DNA of 61,114 nt, counting the filler, from a candidate division TA06 bacterium SM23_40 (GTDB lineage: Bacteria > LJUI01 > SM1-40): assembly GCA_001303705.1 (NCBI GenBank). It is 4 parts of 4 records of this genome, joined end to end, with 100 filler letters (N's around TTAATTAATTAA, not from the genome) between each part and the next. Parts side by side here need not be neighbours in the genome. Positions count along the whole stretch, not along the records: positions 47,018 to 61,114 come from LJUI01000059.1; 3 more parts are not named here. One strand, given 5' to 3'. Every line of letters starts with the position of its first letter. Within the stretch, counting starts at the first letter, position 1. Below the pieces are notes generated by a model. The model was given only the letters and a program-made list of their open reading frames with translations, had not been told where the DNA came from and made no database searches. This document shows positions 49,180 through 57,731 of the stretch, piece by piece. The position numbers were made by a program, and so were the translations under genes.

Positions 49180-49233
49180 ACATCGACGCTTCACGACGAG
49201 GACAGCTTCACGTTCACGGTTGTGGAGCCGTAG
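49180..49233 (+). pseudogene. Orphan C-terminal tail of the beta-helix family
   Basis: Hand translation TSTLHDEDSFTFTVVEP*; compare NLYDRDRFLFTVVEP* ending at 58922. Confidence 0.75.
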
Positions 49234-49259
49234 CCCAAGCCAAGCTCACGACATAGAAA

Positions 49260-49293
49260 GTCCGCTCTCCTAAGCGGAAGGGCGGGCGTTTTT
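49260..49293 (+). terminator. Candidate intrinsic terminator
   Basis: GTCCGCTCT...AGGGCGGGC stem (with G-U pairs) followed by GTTTTT. Confidence 0.6.
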
Positions 49294-49718
49294 CTGTATC
49301 TAGGTCGGCTTGAGGCGCCTCCTTGGGCGGACCAACGATGTGTGAAATCCCCGACACGGGGCCGCATCACAAAGACGGCGTGGAGCCCTTCAGGGACGAA
49401 GCCGGTGGCGTTGTACGCACCAAATAGCGGCCAGCGACAAGAACTGGGGTCCGATGAATCGCCCGGTGGGTGCCGACTTCATGGCCAAACTCCAGAAGCT
49501 CCGACAACCGCCAGAGGAGGGGGGTGAAGGCGCGGAAGAGGGCGGATCCGAGGCGGCAACCGAGCCGGAGTAGAAACGGGTCACGGACCCTCCTCAGATT
49601 TGCCCGTTTTTGCTCAAAATCGGCCCATACACGGTAGGTTGAGACGCTATCTTTTTTTGCCAATGGTATGAGATGGGCGAAAGAGTATCCGCCTTAGGAT
49701 CGCCCTGAGAGAGGGGAA

Positions 49719-50192
49719 ATGGAACGAGATCGCATCCGACAGAAGGTGCTTGAGCAGCAAAGCCAGCTCCTCGCCATGGGAGCTCAGGAGGCGGGGACGA
49801 TCCGGTTCTGGATCCGGCAGCAATACAGTCTGCCGCCGACGGATCTCCGCTACCTGACGCTGACCGAGGAGCAGATAACGCTTGAGTACTACGCCTACCT
49901 GGCCGCCAGCGGCGCACGGATCTGTAGTCGCTGCGGGACGCTCGGCACCGACCGGTTCTGCGTTCAGTGCGGGAACGAGCTGAACTACGGCATCACGAAG
50001 AAGTGCCCCAAAGAGACGTGCGGCGCGCGATTCGCGTCGGAGAACTGGGAGTACTGCCCGATCTGCGGGAGCGAGCTCGAGATGCACACCCGGTACGATC
50101 CGACCTATCCCGCCTGGGCAGACGAGGAAAGCATGGATCTGGGGATAGGGCAACCCAGCACCGAGGACGACAAGCACTGGGAAGACGTGTGA
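49719..50192 (+). CDS. Protein with a phage tail-assembly-chaperone-like N-terminus and a double Zn ribbon
   Basis: FWIRQQYSLPPTDLRYLTLTEEQI; four Cys pairs (CSRC, CVQC, CPKETC, CPIC); GAGGGG RBS. Confidence 0.65.
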   Translation: MERDRIRQKVLEQQSQLLAMGAQEAGTIRFWIRQQYSLPPTDLRYLTLTEEQITLEYYAYLAASGARICSRCGTLGTDRFCVQCGNELNYGITKKCPKETCGARFASENWEYCPICGSELEMHTRYDPTYPAWADEESMDLGIGQPSTEDDKHWEDV

Positions 50193-50374
50193 AAAAGTCT
50201 TGCCGTCAAGACAATTCTAGGGGCCTGAAATGCCGATTTCGCTGTGTCCCAGGTCTTGTGCGCATGCGGCATCACCTTTTTGGTAGCTGAGTGCTTCGCC
50301 GGGGCAACGGCCCCATCAGGCGGCAGGAGCTGAGGCGATGATGCGCCGGGTGATCGTCTCAGCTCCTTATGTTC

Positions 50375-50403
50375 TTGACACACTCGCCGAATAGGTGTAG
50401 ACT
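50375..50403 (+). promoter_or_regulatory. Sigma70 promoter, leader element 1a
   Basis: TTGACA, 17 bp, TAGACT. Confidence 0.8.
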
Positions 50404-50408
50404 CCCAA

Positions 50409-50561
50409 GGTAGGCGTTGAGTTCCCGAGATTTCTGCCGGCTTGGGACCGGCAGAGGACGCCCGGTGGCCTCGGGAGCGGTTTGGCACTACAACAGCTCA
50501 GGATACATCCATCGAGAGCGACACCGAGCGTCACGGGTGAGGGGTCGTTCTTTTCTTTTTT
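50409..50561 (+). ncRNA. Candidate structured leader RNA with terminator, copy a
   Basis: Conserved with 52682-52833; contains paired stems and ends in a hairpin plus U-tract. Confidence 0.6.
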
Positions 50562-50597
50562 GGCCATCGGTGGATCTCCGTCTCACGAAGGGGTGGA

Positions 50598-51530
50598 ATG
50601 GTGACGACTGGGAGAGGCATGTGGATCGGACCATTGCTCTTGCTCGTAGCGCTCTGCTCTTCTGCCATCCTCATCTTCTCCTGTGTGGGAACCGCCACAA
50701 GAGAAGAGTTCGATTTGGGCGGAACGGATGCCGAGTTCACGGCAGGCAAGGCAGAGAAGTGGCATGAGGAGATGCCTGAACTGTCCGAGGAGGCGATCGA
50801 CTTTCTCAGGGGGTTCTCGAACAGACTGCGTGCAGTCGGCCGACGTCCTGGATGTGGTGGGGCCACAAGCGATAACTTCCGATTTTCGGTGTTGTATGCC
50901 GATACCCACATCATAGTCCGCGACTGCGACGGGGATTCCGAGTGGTCTCATCGCACATTCCCGTTCTTTTGGACGAGCTTTTACGTAAGCGATGATGGGC
51001 AGATCGCAACCATATGTGGGACTGACGAGCTGGGAAGGACGTGCCGGCTAGAGATATACGATCCCGATGGATTGCGAGGTGCGTGGGAGAATGACTCACT
51101 GATTTCATGGGTCTCTCGACTCTTTCCGAGTGGCCACTACATAGCGATCATGGGTCAGTCCAAGCCATATGTGACGCTTGTCGACAATCGCGGGGAAGTC
51201 CAATGGGTCAAACGGATTCCCAGCCTTGACGGACACTGGGCTGCCGTGAGTTCTGCCTCACCCGATGATGACTTTGTGGCTTTCGCTGTCCCTCTAATCG
51301 ATTATCCGAGAACGCAGGAAGTTCAGTTGGTGATTATCGGTGTCGACGGCAAGGTTAGGTGCGATACCACACTTTCTTACGGCCGGTTCCCCGCCATCCG
51401 AGTGGATTCAGAATTCGTGGCGGTCGGTGTAGCAAATGAGTGGTTGGTGTACCGAACTGAGTCGGGGAAGCTAATAGGCACTCTGTCTAACGAAAAGTTC
51501 AAGGCGTTGGCTCAGTGGTGGGCACCGTGA
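50598..51530 (+). CDS. Hypothetical exported protein, possibly a lipoprotein with a beta-rich fold
   Basis: 310-aa ORF with a hydrophobic N-terminus ending IFSC; visibly more AT-rich than its neighbours. Confidence 0.65.
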   Translation: MVTTGRGMWIGPLLLLVALCSSAILIFSCVGTATREEFDLGGTDAEFTAGKAEKWHEEMPELSEEAIDFLRGFSNRLRAVGRRPGCGGATSDNFRFSVLYADTHIIVRDCDGDSEWSHRTFPFFWTSFYVSDDGQIATICGTDELGRTCRLEIYDPDGLRGAWENDSLISWVSRLFPSGHYIAIMGQSKPYVTLVDNRGEVQWVKRIPSLDGHWAAVSSASPDDDFVAFAVPLIDYPRTQEVQLVIIGVDGKVRCDTTLSYGRFPAIRVDSEFVAVGVANEWLVYRTESGKLIGTLSNEKFKALAQWWAP

Positions 51531-51546
51531 TCTAATCAGGGGAGCG

Positions 51547-51588
51547 TGGGACAGCAGCAGCTTCGAGTTCAAGGTGGTGGAGCCGTAG
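51547..51588 (+). pseudogene. Second orphan C-terminal tail of the beta-helix family
   Basis: Hand translation WDSSSFEFKVVEP*. Confidence 0.6.
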
Positions 51589-51715
51589 GGCGGGTACAGG
51601 TCTCCTTTTCAGGGTTTGGTGTGCGATATCAGGCGCCTGGCCGGACAGGGAAAGAAAGGGCGCGCTCTCGTGGCCCATTGGGCCCATCACGGCACCAAGA
51701 GGAGGAGAGATTCAG

Positions 51716-52255
51716 ATGAGGGTTCTGGTGCTTCTAACGCTGAGCACTGCCCTGGTGTTGGGTTGCTCGGAGGAGGAGGAAGCTGTCTCAACCAGCCCCG
51801 ATGAGGAGCCAAACCTCAGGTGCGTTAGAGTCCACTGGACCGACGATGGCTATATTCCGCTATGGGACCGCAAACAAGGACCCGATGCGATGTATACTCT
51901 CTGCGTCGGCGATACGATCGATTCACTCTACGTGATAGTCCTTCAAAACTGGTGGTTTGGATGCACTTTCCCACTTTCGCAACCGTTTACCTTCTCGAGT
52001 CTTCTTCTTGAAGATGAAGAGAGAGTAGCCCTCCAATCAGACACGTATAGGGGATTGTACGTACCCGATGATACTTGGTTGTATGGAGGACAGCTTCCCT
52101 TTTGCCTTTCTGCCATTTCGACCCCCAACAACGGCATCATAGAGGCAGCAGCACAGGGAGACACAGTGGTGGCGACGTTCTATCCGCTCGCCGTCTTTCC
52201 CTTTCCGACCAAGTTCGGTATAGGCGTGAGCGACACGATGCGAGTGCTTCCATAG
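51716..52255 (+). CDS. Hypothetical lipoprotein
   Basis: MRVLVLLTLSTALVLGC lipobox; GGAGG RBS. Confidence 0.75.
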   Translation: MRVLVLLTLSTALVLGCSEEEEAVSTSPDEEPNLRCVRVHWTDDGYIPLWDRKQGPDAMYTLCVGDTIDSLYVIVLQNWWFGCTFPLSQPFTFSSLLLEDEERVALQSDTYRGLYVPDDTWLYGGQLPFCLSAISTPNNGIIEAAAQGDTVVATFYPLAVFPFPTKFGIGVSDTMRVLP

Positions 52256-52397
52256 GTATAGGTGCACTGCTGCTCGCGGCGGCGGACGCCTTTCTCTTCT
52301 TCGCGGTAGTGAAGCCGCAAGTTGGACGAGGCAGAAGGTACGGAACGCCCGCTCTTCCGGGTCGAAGGGCGGGCATCGTATGTGGTTATGTGGGGAC

Positions 52398-52455
52398 GAG
52401 CGCCGCAGTTGTACGCAGTCGGTAACCTCGAAAAATACGTGTACCCCTGGGGACA
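52398..52455. repeat. 58-bp dispersed direct repeat, copy 1
   Basis: Core GTAACCTCGAAAAATACG(T/C)GTACC(C/T)CTGGGGACA is shared with 55135-55192. Confidence 0.8.
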
Positions 52456-52647
52456 CCAGCCTAGGGTTTGACGGCTCTAACCCTAGGCTATTATATTGCA
52501 GATCTTGTGATCAGCTAGTGGGCCGGTAGGCCTCGGGCCTTCGCCACCTCGGTCGGGAGGCTGAGCGTCCAGCTACCGGACAACGGCCCTAGCTCGAGCT
52601 GAGGCGATCAATGCGCCGGGTAGATCGTCTCAGCTCCGTTTTCCTTC

Positions 52648-52676
52648 TTGACACCCTTCCTAAATGGGTGTAAACT
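52648..52676 (+). promoter_or_regulatory. Sigma70 promoter, leader element 1b
   Basis: TTGACA, 17 bp, TAAACT. Confidence 0.8.
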
Positions 52677-52681
52677 CTCAA

Positions 52682-52833
52682 GGTAGGCGTTGAGTTCCCG
52701 AGATTTCTGCTGGCCGAGGGCTGGCAGAGGGCGCCCGGTGGCCCCGGGAGCATTTTGGCACCGTAACAGCTCAGGGTAGGTTATTCGAGAGCGACACCGA
52801 GCGTCACGGGTGAGGGGTCGTTTTTTTGTTTTT
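52682..52833 (+). ncRNA. Candidate structured leader RNA with terminator, copy b
   Basis: Homologous to 50409-50561, with pairing-preserving changes. Confidence 0.6.
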
Positions 52834-52866
52834 CGCGCTAGATCAACAGGAGAGAGAGTGCGGCGA

Positions 52867-54831
52867 ATGAGGCGGACTTGGCCAATGACAGTCGCGTGTT
52901 TTGGCGCTATCGGTATGGCATACGTGGCTCCTGCGACAGTGATACATGTCCCGCAGGAGTACCCGACCATCCAGGCGGGAGTCGATGCCGCGGTAAACGG
53001 GGATACGGTGCTCGCGGCTGACGGCACCTACGCAGGCGATGGTAATCGGGATATCGATTTCAACGGTAAGGCGATTGTGGTCATGTCCGAGAACGGACCG
53101 GAGGTCACGATCATCGATTGTGAGGGTGACTCCCTCGATCCGCATCGGGGGTTCTTCTTCGGCAGTGGAGAGGGTTCAGCGTCCATCCTGCAGGGGTTCA
53201 CGATCAAGAACGGATGGGAGAGTGGCGGCGGGATCCTGTGCTTTCACACTTCTCCCACCATCGTGGGCAACACGCTCATGGCGAATGTCACCGACTTCCG
53301 CGGCGGTGGGATCCTATGCCACAACGGTTCTCCCGCTATCGTAGGGAATGTGTTGACCGGCAATTCAGCGATGGCCCTTGCCGGGCGTGGCGGTGGCATC
53401 CATTGCAGTTCGGGCGCCTCACCCACCATCGTGGGCAATACGATCCTGGCGAATACGGCTGTGTACGGCGGAGGGATTGGTGTCCTCAATGCCTCTGCGA
53501 CCCTTCTCGGGAATACGATACTCGAGAACACGGCGGAGCTCGAGGGCGGCGGGATATACTGCGATGGCTCGCTCATGTCGGTCACCAACTGCATCCTCCG
53601 GGAAGATAGTGCCGGCGTAGGTGGTGAGATCTCGTTGGCGGACAGGAGTTCTCTTGCGGTCCGTTATTCGGACCTTGAGGGCGGAGCAGGCGCGATCTTC
53701 ATGCCGCCTGGCTGTATCTTGCACTGGGGTGTGGGCAACATCGACGAGGATCCGATGTTTGTGCTGGCCGAACAGGGAGACTACCGTATTATCTGGGACT
53801 CTCCCTGTGTGGACGCGGGTCATCCAGACTCTCTTGACCCGGATAGCACGCGGAGCGATATGGGAGCCCACTACTTCGATCAGAACGACTACATGACCAT
53901 CTACGTGACGCCTATGAGTACCGAGGTCACACCGGGCGGCACACTTGAGGTCACCTATACGGCGATGAATCGGTGGGGGTTCCCTGTGTCATACTGGGCG
54001 CTGGCCGAGGCGGTTCTCCCGAATACGCATACCGTGACTGTGATGGGCCCCGATCGCTACACCCTGGCGCCCCACGTCTGGAGGCAGCAGCTAATTGCTC
54101 AGGACGTGCCGCTCACTGCGGAACCCGGGCTGTACCTGTATCGGGCGAGGATCGGTGTACCGCCCAATACGCTCTACGACGAGGACAGCTTCTCGTTCGA
54201 GATCGCTCCTGTCTGCGACTATCTGATCTGGGAAGCTGATCCGACGCCAATCAGCGGCCAGCCGATCATGGATGCGCTATCTGCCCTTGGCAGGAGTTCC
54301 GAGTTCGTGGAGGGTCCTCTGGGCAACTACGACCTGTTCGCTTACCGCGGACTGTTCATCTGCCTGGGTGTGTACTCGAACAACGCCATGATTATGGAAG
54401 GCTCCCCAGAGGCGGCCCAGATCGAGGAGTACATCGCCGCAGGCGGTAGCGTCTACCTGGAAGGGGGTGATGTCTGGTACTACGACCCCCTGTTCATGGG
54501 CGGTCATGACTTCGGCCCGAGCTTCGGGATCATCCCGATCGATGACGGAGTGGGCCCTTCGATCGGGATCGTCTCGGGCGTGGAGAATTCGCTCATGCCC
54601 GGACTCGCTGGCTTGACCTCCCCTTACTTCGGCGAGAACGCTTGGTTCGACTGGCTCGGCGCAATACCACCGGCCGAGGTCATCTTCACGATGCTGGATA
54701 TGCCTCCCGACATTGGCGTAGCCAATCCGACTCCCTCAGGTGGCCACACCGTCGGGACATCATTCGAGCTCGGTGGAACCGATTTTGTGGGAGAGGTCGT
54801 GGCCGAGTTCGTCGCCTTCTTCGAGGACTGA
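52867..54831 (+). CDS. Secreted right-handed beta-helix (pectin-lyase fold) protein with an Ig-like domain and an extra alpha/beta C-terminal domain
   Basis: HVPQEYPTIQAG..GDTVL..DGTY; GGGI.C..SP.I.GN repeats; SPCVDAGHP..DPD.TRSDMGA. Confidence 0.85.
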   Translation: MRRTWPMTVACFGAIGMAYVAPATVIHVPQEYPTIQAGVDAAVNGDTVLAADGTYAGDGNRDIDFNGKAIVVMSENGPEVTIIDCEGDSLDPHRGFFFGSGEGSASILQGFTIKNGWESGGGILCFHTSPTIVGNTLMANVTDFRGGGILCHNGSPAIVGNVLTGNSAMALAGRGGGIHCSSGASPTIVGNTILANTAVYGGGIGVLNASATLLGNTILENTAELEGGGIYCDGSLMSVTNCILREDSAGVGGEISLADRSSLAVRYSDLEGGAGAIFMPPGCILHWGVGNIDEDPMFVLAEQGDYRIIWDSPCVDAGHPDSLDPDSTRSDMGAHYFDQNDYMTIYVTPMSTEVTPGGTLEVTYTAMNRWGFPVSYWALAEAVLPNTHTVTVMGPDRYTLAPHVWRQQLIAQDVPLTAEPGLYLYRARIGVPPNTLYDEDSFSFEIAPVCDYLIWEADPTPISGQPIMDALSALGRSSEFVEGPLGNYDLFAYRGLFICLGVYSNNAMIMEGSPEAAQIEEYIAAGGSVYLEGGDVWYYDPLFMGGHDFGPSFGIIPIDDGVGPSIGIVSGVENSLMPGLAGLTSPYFGENAWFDWLGAIPPAEVIFTMLDMPPDIGVANPTPSGGHTVGTSFELGGTDFVGEVVAEFVAFFED

Positions 54832-55134
54832 CAACATTACGGAGACCACTCAGATAGAATGAGCGCCTCACAAGGAGGTGTTCACTTTGTTGCCGGCGGG
54901 GCTCCCGCTGGGAACTATGTTCCTATTGATGTGAGTCGAGAGCTCTCGCTTCATTGCCGATGATCGAGCCCATGAGGCGAAGGACCTGCATTGGAGACAG
55001 CGTGGCGCTCGTACGCCACAAAAAGTCGTGAAACTCCCGGCTCCCTTTAGGGAGCTGACCTGCACATCAGTCGGCGACCGTGCCCACTCTTAGTGATTGA
55101 GGAGAACGTATTTCTTCGCCCCTCAGGTCGGCGA

Positions 55135-55192
55135 GAGCACCGCGCTTGTGCGCACTCTGTAACCTCGAAAAATACGCGTACCTCTGGGGACA
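55135..55192. repeat. 58-bp dispersed direct repeat, copy 2
   Basis: Matches 52398-52455. Confidence 0.8.
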
Positions 55193-55400
55193 TGTTGAAG
55201 CACCTAAGTACCGCCAGATGGACAGATCAGGCAGTTATCTCCCACCTTGCAGGGGGTCCTGACCGACTCGAACTCTCTTCTAACAGACTGTTTTGCACCT
55301 CCAGGCCGTGCTGGGTGCCCGCCCCGCTTCATGATCCGCTACGAGCGCGTTCGTTGTCTGCTCCGCACGGGTACCTCTCGCACCTAACCCGCCAAATCTC

Positions 55401-55673
55401 TTGACAGGATGGGGCTTATGTGATAGGCTCTCGGTTGATGAGAAATGCAGGCTGATCCGGCACATGCCCGGCCACCGGCAAGGGATGTGCGGCGCGGGTT
55501 GGGGGATGTAGCCATGTACCGAGGGTGCCTCCTTGATGGTGGCGAAGGACCTGGGTGACGGGGGCAGGCCGCGAATGGCGGTTGGACCGCTCCACGCGGG
55601 TCAATCCGATATCGCAAAGGAGAACGGCTGCGAGCCTCGAGCTGCGTCGTGCGAGCTTTGAGGAAGTAGCCGT
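55401..55673 (+). promoter_or_regulatory. Promoter plus conserved long leader, element 2a
   Basis: TTGACA, 17 bp, TAGGCT with TG extension; sequence blocks shared with 57346-57619. Confidence 0.65.
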
Positions 55674-55780
55674 GTGTGTTTGGCCTTCGCTCCCGGCGGT
55701 ATCAGGGGGGAGACGGGAGATCGAAGCGGCGTGAGGACACAACTTGTCGCACAGAAGAACATCGACAGGAGGATGGTGTC

Positions 55781-57310
55781 ATGAACAAGCGGATGCCTCT
55801 AGTATGCGTGACCCTGGTTCTCGGGCTGAGCATAAGCGTATCAGCGACGGTTCTCCACGTGCCCGGCCAGTACCCGACCATCCAGGCGGGGATTGACGCC
55901 GCCGGCGAAGGTGATACGGTCCTCGTGGCTGACGGCACGTACACCGGCGACGGGAACCGGGATCTCGACTTCGGCGGCGTGAATATGGTGGTGATGTCGG
56001 AGAACGGGCCCGAGGTGACGATCATCGACTGCGAGGGGAGCTCTGTGGACCCGCATCGGGCGTTCTTCTTCCACGGCGGAGAGGACCAGAGCTCTGTCGT
56101 GCAGGGATTCGAGATCACGAATGGGTATGCCGTTGGACTGTACCCATTCAGCGACGGTGGCGGGATTCTCTGCATCAGCTCCTCCCCGAATATCATGTGG
56201 AACACTATCACGGATAATGTGGCCGTGTACGCCGGTGCGATTTCGTGCGATTACTCGTCCGCGCGAATCGCCAACAACATATTCGTGGGGAATGCTGCCT
56301 TTGAGAATGCCGGTGCGATCGGCTGCGACTACTCAGATGTGACCATCGCGGACAACACGCTCGTATTGAACAGTGCAGGCTTCGGCGCCGGCGCCATAGG
56401 ATTCGGCAACTCCTCCAATTTGACGATCACGGGGAACATGATCCTGCGGAATACAGCGGGCTGGGGTGGGGGCGGCATCGGCTGCGCGTACTCCGCCGGA
56501 CTCATCATGGAAAATACCTTCGCCGAGAACTCAGCAGATAGTGTCGGGGGCGGCATCGGTGTGGGTTGGCAGAGCTCCCTGGCGATGGTGGAGAACACGA
56601 TGGCCGGGAATGTGGCCCCGTTCGGCGGTGCGGTCTGGTGCGACTCCGCCTGCACTGTGACGATGATCAACTCCATCCTCTGGGGGGACAGTGCGGCGCT
56701 GGGTCGGGAGATCTGCATGGAGAACAGATATGGAGCGCCCAGTTCGGCGACGGTCTCGTACTCGGATGTCGATGGCGGCGAGGTAGAGGTGTATGTTGCC
56801 CCGGGATGCGTGCTCAACTGGGGCGATGGCAACATCGACGCCTTTCCGGAGTTTGTGCTGCGGTCCAAGCAGGACTACCGTCTGCTGTGGGGTTCCCCCT
56901 GCATCGATGCCGGGCATCCTGACACGCTCGACCCGGATAATACGCGGTGTGATATGGGCGCCTACTACTTTGATCAGACGGAGTACATGACCCTGTACCT
57001 GTCGCCGGATGGGGCAGTGGTCGTGCCCGGAGGCCTGCTCGGCGTGACGTACACGGTCATCAATCGGTGGGCACAGCCGGAGACGTTCTGGGTGCAGACG
57101 GAGGTGCAGTTGCCGGGCGGGGGCACGCTGAACGTCATCGGTCCTGATCGATACACGTTGCCTCCCGACTTCACGGTACAGCGTTATCTGACTCACAACG
57201 TGCCGATGGGGGCACCTCTGGGCCTGTATGCCTATCGGTCGAGGATCGGAGTGCCGCCCTTTATGATCTACGACGAGTATCACTTCCCATTCTGGGTGGT
57301 GGCGCCGTAG
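55781..57310 (+). CDS. Secreted right-handed beta-helix repeat protein
   Basis: AGGAGG RBS, signal peptide, same family motifs. Confidence 0.87.
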   Translation: MNKRMPLVCVTLVLGLSISVSATVLHVPGQYPTIQAGIDAAGEGDTVLVADGTYTGDGNRDLDFGGVNMVVMSENGPEVTIIDCEGSSVDPHRAFFFHGGEDQSSVVQGFEITNGYAVGLYPFSDGGGILCISSSPNIMWNTITDNVAVYAGAISCDYSSARIANNIFVGNAAFENAGAIGCDYSDVTIADNTLVLNSAGFGAGAIGFGNSSNLTITGNMILRNTAGWGGGGIGCAYSAGLIMENTFAENSADSVGGGIGVGWQSSLAMVENTMAGNVAPFGGAVWCDSACTVTMINSILWGDSAALGREICMENRYGAPSSATVSYSDVDGGEVEVYVAPGCVLNWGDGNIDAFPEFVLRSKQDYRLLWGSPCIDAGHPDTLDPDNTRCDMGAYYFDQTEYMTLYLSPDGAVVVPGGLLGVTYTVINRWAQPETFWVQTEVQLPGGGTLNVIGPDRYTLPPDFTVQRYLTHNVPMGAPLGLYAYRSRIGVPPFMIYDEYHFPFWVVAP

Positions 57311-57345
57311 GTGAGGATCGGCAGCATCAGCGGCCGGCATTGTCC

Positions 57346-57619
57346 TTGACAGAAGTGGGAGTGTGTGATAGGCTCTCCACTGATAGGAAGTAGAGGCTGA
57401 TCCGACGCAGGCCCGGCGACGAGGGATGTGCGGATCTGGGTCTCGTGCCAACTCCTGAAATGACCCGGGAAGGTGGGCCCAGATGGTGGGGCATGTCGGT
57501 TGGGGCAGGGCTGGCCCGGCTGAAGTGGGCCGGGCGGTCGCCTCAGATCAGATAATGCGGTGAAGGCGAACGGCTACAGACCTGGAGTCCTGTGGTGAGG
57601 GCTCTGGGGAAGTAGCCGT
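57346..57619 (+). promoter_or_regulatory. Promoter plus conserved long leader, element 2b
   Basis: TTGACA, 17 bp, TAGGCT; ACGGCTAC..GTAGCCGT stem. Confidence 0.65.
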
Positions 57620-57731
57620 ATGCATGTGGGGTATGCGGGTGGACACCGGAAAGGGGGGGAAAGGCGAAGCATTCTGGAGGCGTGCAGACATAAGCACTCA
57701 CAGAGGAATCTATCAAAGGGAGGGCGAGGCG

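Noticed and set aside
50409..50561. Leader 1 as a glycine or FMN riboswitch
   Set aside because: Only short coincidental words match (CTCAGG, GAGAG, CACCGA, TTCCCGA); the order and core motifs do not fit.
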